A DNA stretch of 64,000 nucleotides from Felis catus (lineage: Eukaryota), in contig NC_058368.1 of the NCBI RefSeq assembly GCF_018350175.1, positions 200,262,001 through 200,326,000 of the forward strand, in the 5' to 3' direction. The notes beneath the pieces were generated by a model that saw nothing but the letters and a program-made list of their open reading frames with translations, was not told the origin of the DNA and did no database searches. This document shows, in pieces, positions 1-11,077 of the stretch (position 1 is the stretch's first letter; every line of letters begins with the position of its first letter). A program made the translations under genes and the position numbers.

Positions 1-734
1 AGCTGGCTCCACTTCCAGCTATTTCCAGTTTGCTTGAGTTATCCTTTATGTGAAAGCTACTGCTGGGTTAATTACCTTTAATTCTTTTTCTTGCAACCCC
101 CCTAGCCAACACAGGCTGGAGACCCCAGAGGCTCTCTCGCCAGGTCTCCTTCTACACTGCAGCTTGGCCTTTAAAACACAGCGTATCCCTCTTTTTGCTT
201 CTTTCCATGTTCATTACTGGGGAAAAAAGAGAACGAAACCCTTGCCACATGGCAATTCTTCGATGTCTCTGAAGATCCTTTATCCCCAGTTTGGAATTAA
301 GGTACATTTACTTGAATAATTAAACTTCTACAGAATCTGTATCATCCTTTCTTGTGCGGTCCTTTTTTTTTTAGAGATTTAGCACCAAAATAATATACTT
401 AGTTGGGTTTACGTTTTATAATTGTTACTTCCTCTTGCCTTATTGTGAAACTTCTACTTTTAAGACATCTATTTTTTCAAACTCTGATTCTTAAAGAGAC
501 CAGGTGCTTCTCTTGCTAAAGATCAGAAACGCATTCTGGAGGTAACTGAGCAGTCTGTCAACAGCCATTTGCTGGTTTCTGCATTAGTGCAAATCTCCCA
601 TTTCAAACCATGAGTCTAGAGCTAAGAAATATAATCTGTAATTCGGGGCTTTTGTAATGTTTTGTTCATTCTGCTAATCCCAACTTCAAATGATACTGTG
701 TTCAGCTAGATACATGTTGATTTCGTCTAAAACT

Positions 735-892
735 TTGCTGTTCACAAAGCGACAGATCAACAGCTGTGGCATCACCCAGGATTATGAGAGTAAAAGGGAA
801 TCTCAGGTCCCACCTCAGACCTACTGACTAGGGAAACTGTATTTTAACAGGCTCTCCAGGCAAATTAATATGCACATTGAAGCTTAACAAAG
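735..892. mobile_element. MER5A-like hAT-Charlie non-autonomous DNA transposon remnant
   Basis: GCATCACCCAGG...AATCTCAGGTCCCACCTCAGACCTACTGA...ATTTTAACAG...CCAGG...ATGCACATTGAAG resembles the recalled MER5A consensus. Confidence 0.7.
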
Positions 893-1037
893 AAGGTTCT
901 AAAAGATTGTCAGCTCCTTAAAGACAGCCCATTGTATGCCCTCATAAAATGTGTGTTGAGTTGGATCTTAATACATAAGCCACTTCTATGATGTCATAGC
1001 CAGTTCCGATTTCTGAGCTTAAAAACAATAAGGCATT

Positions 1038-1254
1038 GGGGAGCCTGGATGACTTAGCTGCTGAAGTGATCAACCCTTGATTTCTGCTCAGGTCATGATC
1101 TCAGGGTCGTTCATGAGCTCGAGCCCTGCAGTGGGCTCCACACTGAGTGGTTGAGTATGGAGCCTTCTTGAGATGCTCTATCCCTCTGCCTCTGCATCCC
1201 CCCCGCGCCGCCCCAACTAGTTCTTTTTTTTGTCTCCAAAAAACAAAACAAAAC
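1038..1254 (+). mobile_element. Can-SINE (older, diverged)
   Basis: GGGGAGCCTGG head, CTCAGGTCATGATCTC core, CT-rich segment and A tail; imperfect TSD CAATAAGGCATT (1026-1037) / CAATAAAGCATT (1261-1272). Confidence 0.9.
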
Positions 1255-1691
1255 AAAAACCAATAAAGCATTTAAATATAAATAGAAATCTAATTTATAG
1301 GCAGTAAGTTAGTAAAATGCACAATATAATAAGTGTCAATATGTATATAAAGTCCAAAAAATAAAGTCAATAAAATGTATTAAAGAAACCTTTATAGAGT
1401 TCCAACTGATTTCCTGCTTTACTCATTTCTGCAAATCTATAGAACCTACCTTGAGTCTATACATTTAAATAGCATAGAAAGAGAGTAATCAATGTGACAA
1501 AACTGTTAAGTTAATAAAGGAACTCCAAGTAGAGAGTTTACTTGTCAAACTATCCCTTGATTCTTCTCCTACAGGTGTTATCTCCCAGAGGTAATCTTAG
1601 ACTTGTTTTCTGCTGAATTTGAGAAGATTTAGTTTCCAAAATTTTCCATTTTTGTATTAAAATAGTTCCAATATTTCCTTTTTAAAACATT

Positions 1692-1865
1692 CTTTTTTAA
1701 TGTTTTATCTGGTGTTATTTAATTTATTTTTAAAAATTTAATTCTAGTGTAATTAATACAGTGTTATATTAGTGTCAGGTGTACGATATATTGATTAAGC
1801 AATTCTGTACATCACTCAGTGCTCATTGTGATAAGTATACTCTTAATCCCCTTCACCTATTTCAC
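1692..1865 (-). mobile_element. Carnivore-type L1 3' terminal fragment
   Basis: TAATACAGTGTTATATTAGTGTCAGGTGTAC...ATCACTCAGTGCTCAT...CCCCTTCACCTATTTCACC is an antisense L1 3'UTR end; flanked by TAAAACATT copies. Confidence 0.85.
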
Positions 1866-1876
1866 CTAAAACATTT

Positions 1877-2100
1877 TTTAAAAGTTTTTAAAAATATCTA
1901 TTTATTTTGAGAAAGAGAGAGAGGGCATGAGTGCATGAGCAGGGGAGGAGCAGAGAGAGAGAGTGAGAGAGAAATCCCAAGCAGGCTCCCTGCTGTCAGC
2001 ACAGAGTCTGATGAGGGGCTCAATCTCACAAACTGTAAGATCATGACCTGAGCTGATATCAAGAGTCCAATGCTTAATCAACTGAGCTATCCAGGCACCC
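1877..2100 (-). mobile_element. Can-SINE
   Basis: T-rich tail, (GA)n, GATCATGACCTGAGC core, ends CCAGGCACCC; flanked by CTAAAACATTT. Confidence 0.95.
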
Positions 2101-2111
2101 CTAAAACATTT

Positions 2112-2333
2112 ATTTATTTGTTTGTTTAATTTTTTTTAATGTTTATTTTTGAGCGAGCAAGAGAGAGACAGAGCATGAGCAGGAAGGGGCAGAGAGAGAG
2201 GGAGACACAGAATCTGAAGCAGGCTCCAGGCTGTCAGCACAGAGCCTGATGGCAGGACTTGAACCCATAGACCATGAGATCATGACCTGAGCTGAAGTTG
2301 GATGCTTAACTGACTGAGCCACCCAGGTGCCCA
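2112..2333 (-). mobile_element. Can-SINE (feliform type)
   Basis: GGAGACACAGAATCTGAAGCAGGCTCCAGG diagnostic segment, ends GAGCCACCCAGGTGCCC; flanked by CTAAAACATTTATTT. Confidence 0.95.
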
Positions 2334-2389
2334 CTAAAACATTTATTTTTAATACACTCTCAGAACTTCACATTATGTCAACATAAGCA

Positions 2390-3720
2390 AATGTGCTCCA
2401 CATCCAGGTCTGCCTGCATAAGTATCAAACTCTTTCCAAATTAGAGCTCTTTGCCTCCCCTCCAAATCTCTCCTCTGTTGCACTTCCTGTCTCTAAATGA
2501 CACCACCACTTTCCAGCATCCTCCCAGTCCAAACAACTGAAGATCAACTTAGGTTCTTTTTCTAAACATTTTATTTAAATCCGAGTTAGTTAACATGTAG
2601 TATAATAATGGTTTCAGGAGTAGAATTTAGTGATTCATCACTTACGTATAACACCCAGTGTTCATACCAACAAAGTGCCGTCCTTAATGCCCATCACCCA
2701 TTTAGCCCATCACCCCCCCCAAAACCCCTCCAGTAAACCTCAGTTTATTCTTTATATTTAAATAATCTCTTAAGGTTTGCTTCCCTCAGTGTTTTTAATC
2801 TTATTTTTCCTTCTCTTCTCATATGTTCATCTGTTGATTTGTAAATTCCACATGTGAGTGAAATCATATATTTATCTTTCTCTGACTGACTTACTTAGCT
2901 TAGCATAATACACTCTAGTTCTATCCATGAAGATCAACTTAGATTCTTAACTCTGTTCCCTATTTCTTGTTGACAGAGTTATTGATCGAAAAAACACCTG
3001 TGATCTTAATACTGCATGGCTGCACACTTTCCCTAGTTCTTCATATGTTGTGGGATAATATTCAATTTCCTGAGCATGGCCAATGAGCTGTTCTGGCCCT
3101 CTAACCTCATTTCCCTGCCCTATTCCCTCATATATCCAAGAGTCCACTCAATCTAAATGACTTGAAGTTCCCCGAAATACTCCATGCCTTTCTGTTCTGT
3201 GCTTTAGTTAAATTGATTCCTTTGTAGAGTTAGTATCAGAGAGGCACCTGAAAGGATGATTGGCCAGATGTGAGATCCTCCCCCAGTGCTGCTGCTGATG
3301 AGTTGTATGGCTCAGAGCCCTTTACTATTTTTTGTTTCTGAAGTGAGGATAATAAATGTATCTCATTACATTTTTCTTTACATGATGATAGCTTGAAAAG
3401 GTAGCATGAGGAAATGTATATAAATTGTTTTAATAAACATTTAATATATTTTAGTAGTGTTGTTAGTATTACTGTCTAAAATTCAGTTCTGGTATCATAT
3501 CTTTCGGGAGGTTTACTTTCCTCTCAATATAAATTAGAGTTCCTTTCGTTTCTGGAGCACATCTTTATCATAATATTTATTGCAGAGTCTTTTAATACTC
3601 TGTTCTCTTTTCTGATTCCCCTTAAGTAAACTGAACTACTTGAGATGACTGGGTCTTTCATTTCTCAGGACCAAAGTTCAGTATAGTACCACCCTAGAAT
3701 AGAAACTCAATAAATATTAG
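2390..3720 (+). mobile_element. Fragmented L2 3' region interrupted by an L1 and a probable MIR
   Basis: CTCTAAATGACACCACCAC...CCCAGTCCAAACAACTG L2-like core; ends with AAACTCAATAAATATTAG, similar to the L2 terminus. Confidence 0.55.
2559..2927 (-). mobile_element. 5'-truncated feliform/carnivore L1 3' end with 21-bp TSD
   Basis: GTTTCAGGAGTAGAATTTAGTGATTCATCACTTAC...TCTCTGACTGACTTAC; TSD TGAAGATCAACTTAG(G/A)TTCTT at 2538-2558 and 2928-2948. Confidence 0.92.
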
Positions 3721-4503
3721 TTATTTTATATTTCCATTTATGTTTGTAAGCTGTATATCCCAGTCTCAAAATATCTGAAAACCTCAAACATGTATTATAA
3801 AATGATTTAGTAGAGAACTGACTGAAATCTAAAATGTAAGTACATTAAAAAAAATAAATAAATAAAATGTAAGTACATGAGTTAATTTTAGGATACAAAA
3901 ACTTTTCCCCCTAAATATGTTTTACTTAAATTTAAGAATGTTAGCTACTACCTTGGTATATGGAGTAAAAAATCTGAAAAGTACTAATATTATTTAATTT
4001 TAATGTTTAATTTATATATCTCCATCCTGAATAAATTGTCATTAATTTAAAAATATTTGGCACACTAAAATATGTAGTAACTAGCTAAAGTTAATTATGT
4101 GTTATATGCTATTATGTGAAATATATGAAATGAATGATTATAGGATGGATATGTCTTATTATGTGTCAAATTAATAGCCTGAAGAATTTAAAACCATGGG
4201 CTTTGCAGAAAATGTTACTGAAAGTGTATAGAGACTATTTAAATAGTTTGAGGATCTGTGGCAGTTCTAATGCACATTTTGTATCTCTGATAGGAGTAAT
4301 GAAGGACGTGGTCTGTGTTTTAGTTAATTCTGAATAACCTTTTTATTGCTAGTGTAGGTAAATATCAAAATCAATTATATATGAAATCACTTTTAAAATT
4401 ATTGCCAAAATGGTCAAATTCTTCCCTAATGTTTTCATTTATTCACAAAGAGCAAGAAGCACTGGGAACCTTTGATCCTATTTATAAAATATATCTAGCT
4501 ATA

Positions 4504-4545
4504 TTCTATCTGTCTATCTATCCATCCATCCATCCGTCCGTCCAT
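4504..4545 (+). repeat. Short compound (TCTA)/(TCCA)/(TCCG) tetranucleotide tract
   Basis: Directly visible. Confidence 0.8.
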
Positions 4546-6549
4546 AACCAGTTGAGGAAATTTAAAGGGAGATACTTAAGAACTATTTTTTTTTTCTTTT
4601 GGCAATAGTACCTAATGGGAAAGTTGTATTCAAAGCCTGGGGACAGGGGAGAATACTTAAAAGAGAGAAAATAAATCTAGACAAAATAGAAAATTATATT
4701 TCCTGGCTCAAAATTATAACGCAGTCTAAGTCAGCAGAAAAAGAAGGGCCCTCTCTCTCTTAAAAGACCTACTGCATAATAGGAAAATCTTTGAAGCAGT
4801 ATGTAAATTCTATTCCAACAAGTGCTCACACATGAAAAAGTTGATAAGAAGACCAAGAAAAATTTTGTGGATGTGAAAATGCCAGTCATCTATGATTAGA
4901 AACAACATCTACTGATTGATTTTAATTTTAATATATTTCCCTAAGGTATAGATGCTCTTAGAAAGGAAATCAAAGTAATATGAGAAATACAAATATTTTG
5001 ATCCTTAGAGAACATCCTTGCATACTTCTACCCAAAGCACCTACCATCCCCACTGGCAGCTTGACAACACTCCAGACTGCCATCTACTAATTATCTCAGC
5101 TGTCAAATTTTCCCTTTGACACCATTTGCCACCTGCACCGCCTGCTGCCAGGCAGATGACAATAAAACGTAAACTTAAACTCCTGAAGGATATTTTAAAA
5201 TGTCGCTGGAGAGAGGAAAACAATCTTGTGTTGTCCAACTAGAGAATACTCCTAGGTGGGAGTAGACTAAAGTTACCACAGGAAATGCCAAGCACTAATT
5301 CCTTGGGGAATTCCAAAGCACAAATACTGAAATTGTTTTGGTTCCCTTCACTCCATAGTCTACTGCTTTTACCATATGAAAAGAATCAGGGAATTATCTA
5401 ACATGGAAGGCCAAAAGAGCAATTTCCATAGGTATAGTTTAGATATGAAGCCTGAAGAAAATACACAAACACTCCATGACTCTTGCATAGTATTTTCCTG
5501 GAATTGCAAGATGGAAACAAATAATTGTTGAACATTCATGACAAAAAGAAAAATTAAGACTGCACTGTGCCTGAACTTCCCTTAAGAACTCTCCAGATAA
5601 ATTTATATTTTTTCTGCACAAGCAGACCTCATCAAACAACAGATCCCAAAGTGAAAAAAAATCAAAGTGACTCGTATTTCTTTGGCCATAAGTTAAAGGT
5701 GTTTACTTTTCACAGCACAGACACAAAGAAAGAAGATTGGCCAAGCCTGAAAAATTACTTTTGCGTTGCTAAACCAAAAGGCTTAGACTGAGAAGAGAGG
5801 GCTTGAGAAATCAAAGAGTAAATAGAGATTACTGCTGCATTACTTGCCTAGGAGCTTAATTCTCCCCACCAAACAAATAAGGCAAGCAACCACACCTGCT
5901 AAGCGTTGGCAGTAGAGAGGACTTGGCTCTGAAGTCAAATGGAGAAGGTGGTTTCAAAAGGAAGCCTTGAAATTTTGGACTTTCATGAGAAACTTACTTT
6001 CTCTTTTTCATAATTTCTGTATGGATTTTTGAACCTTTGGATCAGTGCTGTGGGGCAGAAGATGTGTACAGAGGTAATTCCATGTTGAGAATGAGCTTGG
6101 AATGGCAACCAGAGCAGGCAAGATAATGCCAGGGCCAGGACCCCAGCTGCCTCCACTGGCTGCTGTAGGGATGGGGAAGTTCAGGGAGGACATATGTGTG
6201 GAGCTGGTTTTAATCTGAAGAAGGATATTGAAGAATTGTGGTTGAGGGGGCAGGTCTTATTCCAGGTAGAATAAATATTACATTCATGATATCTGGGGCA
6301 GAAAAACAGCAAAAATGAAATGTAAACCAAATTTGAAAGCATAATTCATTACTATTGATGTAGGACACAAGCAAAATAAAATTGTAACCAAAAAAAATCT
6401 GAAATGTGGTTTCTAAAGAGAAATAATAATGGCTAACATGGGTTGAGTGCTTGCTACATGCCAAACATTGGACTGAGAACTTCAGATGCATCAATTCATT
6501 TAATCTTCCTGACAGCTGCTGAGGAAAGTGTTACTGTTATCCTATTTTA

Positions 6550-6820
6550 TGTTATTTCATTTCATTTCGTTTCATTTCATTTCATTTCATTTCATTTCAT
6601 TTCATTTCATTTTTTAATGCCTATTTATTTATTTTGAGAGTTTGAGAGAGTGCATGCACATGAGCAGGGGAAGGGGAGAGAGGGAGGGAGAAAGAGAGAA
6701 TCCCAAGCAGACTCTGCACTGTCACTCCAGTGTGGGGCTCGATCCTATAAGCCATGAGATCGTGATCTGAGCCTAAAATCAAGAGTCGGATGCTTAACTG
6801 ATTGAACCACCCGGCTCCCC
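6550..6820 (-). mobile_element. Can-SINE with pentanucleotide-expanded tail
   Basis: SINE core GAGATCGTGATCTGAGC; TSD TGTTATC(C/T)TATTTTA at 6535-6549 and 6821-6835. Confidence 0.93.
6554..6608 (+). repeat. (ATTTC)11 microsatellite, one GTTTC variant
   Basis: Directly visible in the SINE tail. Confidence 0.95.
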
Positions 6821-7071
6821 TGTTATCTTATTTTAGAGATGAGGAAACTGAGACTCCAAGAAGCTAGTTAACCAATATCACACATCATTTGTTATGGGAG
6901 AATCAGGAATTAAATTCAGGGGCAGTGAGGCTTTTTAACTACTATATTGTACTCCTGCTTCAAAGCATGTTACTTGTCTCTTACCAGAAATTAGTGGGTG
7001 AAGAAGATAGTTGGGTTAGAAGAGATTTGGATAGGGCAGCCCATGGGTTAAGAGTCTGGTTAATTAGTCTT

Positions 7072-7157
7072 TTCTAATTCTAATTCTAATTCTAATTCTA
7101 ATTCTAATTCTAATTCTAATTCTAATTCTAATTCTAATTCTAATAATTCTAATTCTA
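7072..7157 (+). repeat. (TTCTAA)n hexanucleotide microsatellite, about 14 units
   Basis: Directly visible; followed by MIR-like sequence to about 7270. Confidence 0.95.
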
Positions 7158-7599
7158 TCTTCTCTCATCTTTAAATGCAAGTGATGGTATTTTAGATTCC
7201 ATAGGATCTTTGTATGGTTAACTATGTCCATGTAAGTAAAACACTTAGTCTGGTGTTTGTAAGCAGTAACTACAGGGGTTAGTAAATGAAAGTTGTGAAT
7301 GAATTCCAGATATGTTGGTCACCAGAGCTCTGCAAAATGCCAGAGAGTTTGAGGAAATTAACTGAGGGCAGTGCGTTCAGCAATGAAAGCTGAAGAATTT
7401 AGTGAATAGCAGATAAAGATCGGGAAATACTTTTTAGAACACAATTTGATTCTCAACATCTAAAATTGTTCAGGCAATACAGGTGTTTCTGCGACATTAA
7501 AATTTTTGTCACTGCCATTGCATGGGCAGAGGCACCCACTAAAGAACCTAACTAGAACAATAGAGGAAGATGACAATGATAAGGTATGCCCTGATATGA

Positions 7600-8012
7600 G
7601 ATTCCTTGGGTCAGTTTCCTTAGAAGCAGAGAATGAGACAGGGTTTTGGTGCCTGATTTTTGGAGGGAGGGCTTTTTAGAGAAAACAAGGAAAGAATAAT
7701 AGGGAAAGAGAAAGAACATAGCAAGGATATGGGCTCAGGTAAAGTCTAGCCTTTCACTAATGCATAAATTGCACAGCAAAGTTGCCTTCAGGTAATGGGC
7801 TGGGATTTAGGACCTTTTGCAACCCTATATTCATCAGTCCTTGGCCATGAGGGGCAGGGAAGGTTTAACCTTCCAGACATCCTTGAGTGAGATGGCTCTA
7901 TCAGCTAAGGGCAATGCTCTGGAGAAGGTAAAGTTTAGTACTCTCAGCAGCTGGAGGATGAGGGGACCTGTGAGGAAAAGAGATATGGAAAGGGTAACAA
8001 GAGCCTCTACCA
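7600..8012. mobile_element. MLT1 (ERVL-MaLR) solo LTR, J/K-like
   Basis: GGGTCAGTTTCCTTAGAAGCAGAGAATGAGACAGG at one end and CAGCAGCTGGAGGATG...CAAGAGCCTCTACCA at the other match recalled MLT1 termini. Confidence 0.7.
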
Positions 8013-9019
8013 GAGGAAGCTGCTAAATATTACTCAAGAAAATGCAATAGTAAAAGAGGAGAGATTCAGGAACATGAGTCAGCACCCTGTGGGCATAGAG
8101 AATAGCAGGAGTGTGATAATAGAGGTGGTTAAAATGTCAGAAAAGGATTCCCTGAACTCAACGGATATCATGTAAGAGAAGCTGGTATAACAGTGGTCTC
8201 ACACACAGGATATGGGACTCGGGAGGATGAACAGGGACCAATGGTTGCTGAAAAAAGAGACGGAATGTTTGGAGCTTGGAACACTGTTCATGTGTATGTG
8301 TATAGAAGGCAAGGCAATGTGGTGGATGGCAAAGTCTGGTAGGGGAGGCATAGCCAGAAAGAACATAAGTCTATAATCATAGTTTGGGATAATTTACTTC
8401 CAATTACCTGAATTTTACCAAATGAAATTATTTTTTCAGAATCAAGATATTTTAACTAATGCATATATTTAGAGCCTTGCTGTTATAAGGTAGGGACAAG
8501 GTAAAGGTGTTTTAGCCAAGGCAACTAATCTTTGGATAAAGATCAAAGATAGGATAGCAAGGTCTTTAATGTCTAAATGCTGTGGCTTTTATTTTATCAT
8601 CTTTATTTTTTGGATTCTCCTCAGGTTTCCTTTTTGAAAATCCCATCTTGCTTGGATTTTCCATGCTCTATCCAAGGATATATAGGAATATAGCACCTGT
8701 TTCAGGGGATAACACTTAGAGTTTGAGGCTAATTGACTAATCCTAGGTCTTGGAAGAAGCAGTGGTGGAATATTAGCCAGAATGTGGACCCTGAGAGTAA
8801 ACAGACTCAGAGCCCTTGAACATGCAGAGTTCTTTATGCCTGGCTCTTTCCTTCACTGATTATTTTTCCTCTTGTCCCAACTCAGACATTAATAGAAAAG
8901 TTCCAGTAAGGCATTGCAAAATACACATAGTATTTTCTTGGACTCTGATAACTTTATGCTGTATGAAAACTAGGTTACTATGATTGGTCTGATGGTCTGT
9001 GCTACCAAGTTTGCTACCT

Positions 9020-9505
9020 CTACTCTTTTAAAATGTGCTTTCTGAAGCACAAATTTGTGTCCTGTTTAAAGCATTTCAGTGGCTCCTCTGACCCTGGGTT
9101 TCTCTCTGATCTCATCTCTCATTTATTGGACCTTACTCACATTGAATGTCCTTTAGTCACATTGAATGTCCCAGTCCTCCATGCTGTTGCATGTATGACT
9201 CTCTTTGCCTGGATACCCCATCTCCACTTGTGTTTGGATAAAACTCACTTTTCCTGTGTAACTTGGCACCAATATCACTTCCTCTGGGAAGCTTTTTTTG
9301 AACCTCCTCCCCCAGGGCTGAGTTGGGAGGCTTTAACCCCCTAGATTTCTGCCATCTCTTTATCATACTGTCTTGTAACTGCCTGCTTACCTGACTATCT
9401 CCCCAGTTCTACTTTAAAATCCTCGAGATTATATCTAAACAACACGTCAGTTCCAAAATTCTAATGCATTGTTAATCTTGAACAAATGTTTGAATGACTG
9501 ACTGT
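9020..9505 (+). mobile_element. L2 3' end
   Basis: ATATCACTTCCTCTGGGAAGCTTT core; terminates AAATGTTTGAATGACTGACTG. Confidence 0.7.
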
Positions 9506-9598
9506 ATCATCACACTTGGAGTCATATAATTAACTTGCATACATCAAACACATATCTTAGGATGTACAGTGGTCAAATTATATGAAATGATTTTATTT

Positions 9599-9793
9599 AT
9601 TTGTTTAAATGTTTATTTTGCGAGAGAGAGAGCAGAGAAAGGTCAAAGAGAAAGGGAGAGGAAGAATCTCAAGGAGGCTCCATACTGTTAGCATAGAGCT
9701 GGGCACAGGGCTCAATCTCATGAACGGTGAGATTATCACCTGAGCCGAAATCGAGAGTTGAATGCTTAACCCACTGAGGCACCCAGGTGCCTC
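9599..9793 (-). mobile_element. Can-SINE
   Basis: SINE core; TSD TGATTTTATTT at 9588-9598 and 9796-9806. Confidence 0.92.
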
Positions 9794-10005
9794 AGTGATT
9801 TTATTTTTATTAATGGAATTTCTGCTGTGTATAATGGATAGTTGGGGAACTGTCTTGGCTGACAGCATCCTTGTATAAAAAGTCCTTTTTGGGAAGTGAA
9901 TAGCGTTTGGGGAGAATAACTACAAATGCATGACTACTAATTGTGTCCCAACTTTTCTAATGTAGTTTTAAAATGAAAAGTAGTTCATTAGAAATATTAA
10001 GGGTA

Positions 10006-10045
10006 GGCAATATTTTATTCTTTTTTTATAGCTGAGTAATATCCC

Positions 10046-10091
<46 letters not shown>

Positions 10092-11077
10092 CATGCCTTT
10101 ATCCACTCATCAGTCACTGGGCATTTGGGCCATTTCCATAATTTGCCTCTTGTAGATAAAATGCTGCTATAAATGTCAGGGTGCATGTATTCCTTTGAAT
10201 TAGTATTTTTGTATTCTTGAATAAATACCTAATAGTGCATTTGCTGGATCATAGGGTAGTTCTGTTTTCAACTTTTTGAGGATGCTCCATACTGTTTTGC
10301 AGAGTGGCTGCACTAGTTTGCATTCCCACCAACAGTGCAAGAGGGTTCCCCTTTCTCTGCATCCTCGCCAACATCTTGTTTCTTGTGTTGATTTTAGCCT
10401 TTCTGACAGGTGTAGGTGATATATCATTGTAGTTTGATTTGCATTTGTGTGTGTTGGCTTTCTGGATGTCTTCTTTGGAAACATGTCTATTCATGTCTTC
10501 TGCCCATTTTTTAATTGGGTTATTTGTTTTTTGGATGTTGAGTTTTTATAAGTTCTGTATGTATTTTGGATGCTAACCTTTTATCAGGTATATCATTTGC
10601 AAATAACTTCTCCCATTTCATAGGCTGCCTTTTAGTTTTTTTATTGTTTCCTTCTCTGTGCAGAAGCCTTTTATTTGGATAAAGTCCCAGTAGTTTATTT
10701 TTGCTTTTCTTTCTATTTGTAATGACATGGATGTAGCTAGAGAGTATTATGCTAGGTGAAATAATTCAGTCAGACAGAGACAAATGCCATATAATTTCAC
10801 TCATATGTGGAATTTAAGAAACTAAACAAATGTGCAAAAGGAAAAAAAGAGAGAGAAAGAGGCAAACCAAGAAACAGAGTCTTCCCTATAAAGAACAAAC
10901 TGATGGTTACTAGAATGGAGGTGGGTGGGTTTGGATTAAAAAGGTGATGGGAATTAAGGAGTGCCCTTATGATGAGCACTGGGTATTGTATGGAAGTGTT
11001 GAATCACTATATTGTACACCTGAAACTAATATTACACTGTATGTTAACTGATGAGAATTTAAATATAAACTTAAAAG
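10006..11077 (+). mobile_element. 5'-truncated L1 with 5' inversion (10006-10714 antisense ORF2 C-terminal remnant; 10715-11077 sense 3' end)
   Basis: Minus-strand ORFs give L1 ORF2 C-terminal motifs ([24 protein letters not shown]); perfect TSD AGAAATATTAAGGGTA at 9990-10005 and 11078-11093. Confidence 0.95.
10048..10088 (+). repeat. (TG)20 microsatellite inside L1
   Basis: Directly visible. Confidence 0.97.

Larger units (their letters stand above)
6421..6930 (-). mobile_element. MIR split by a Can-SINE
   Basis: GAGTGCTTGCTACATGCC...TCATTTAATCTTC, then ATTTTAGAGATGAGGAAACTGAGAC (MIR core) resumes after the SINE. Confidence 0.85.

Noticed and set aside
7072..7157. Interstitial telomere-like repeat
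   Set aside because: The unit is TTAGAA on the minus strand, with no TTAGGG units.
9968..10494. ORFs with real protein similarity ([12 protein letters not shown])
   Set aside because: Frameshifted, truncated L1 ORF2 C-terminus, not a host gene.
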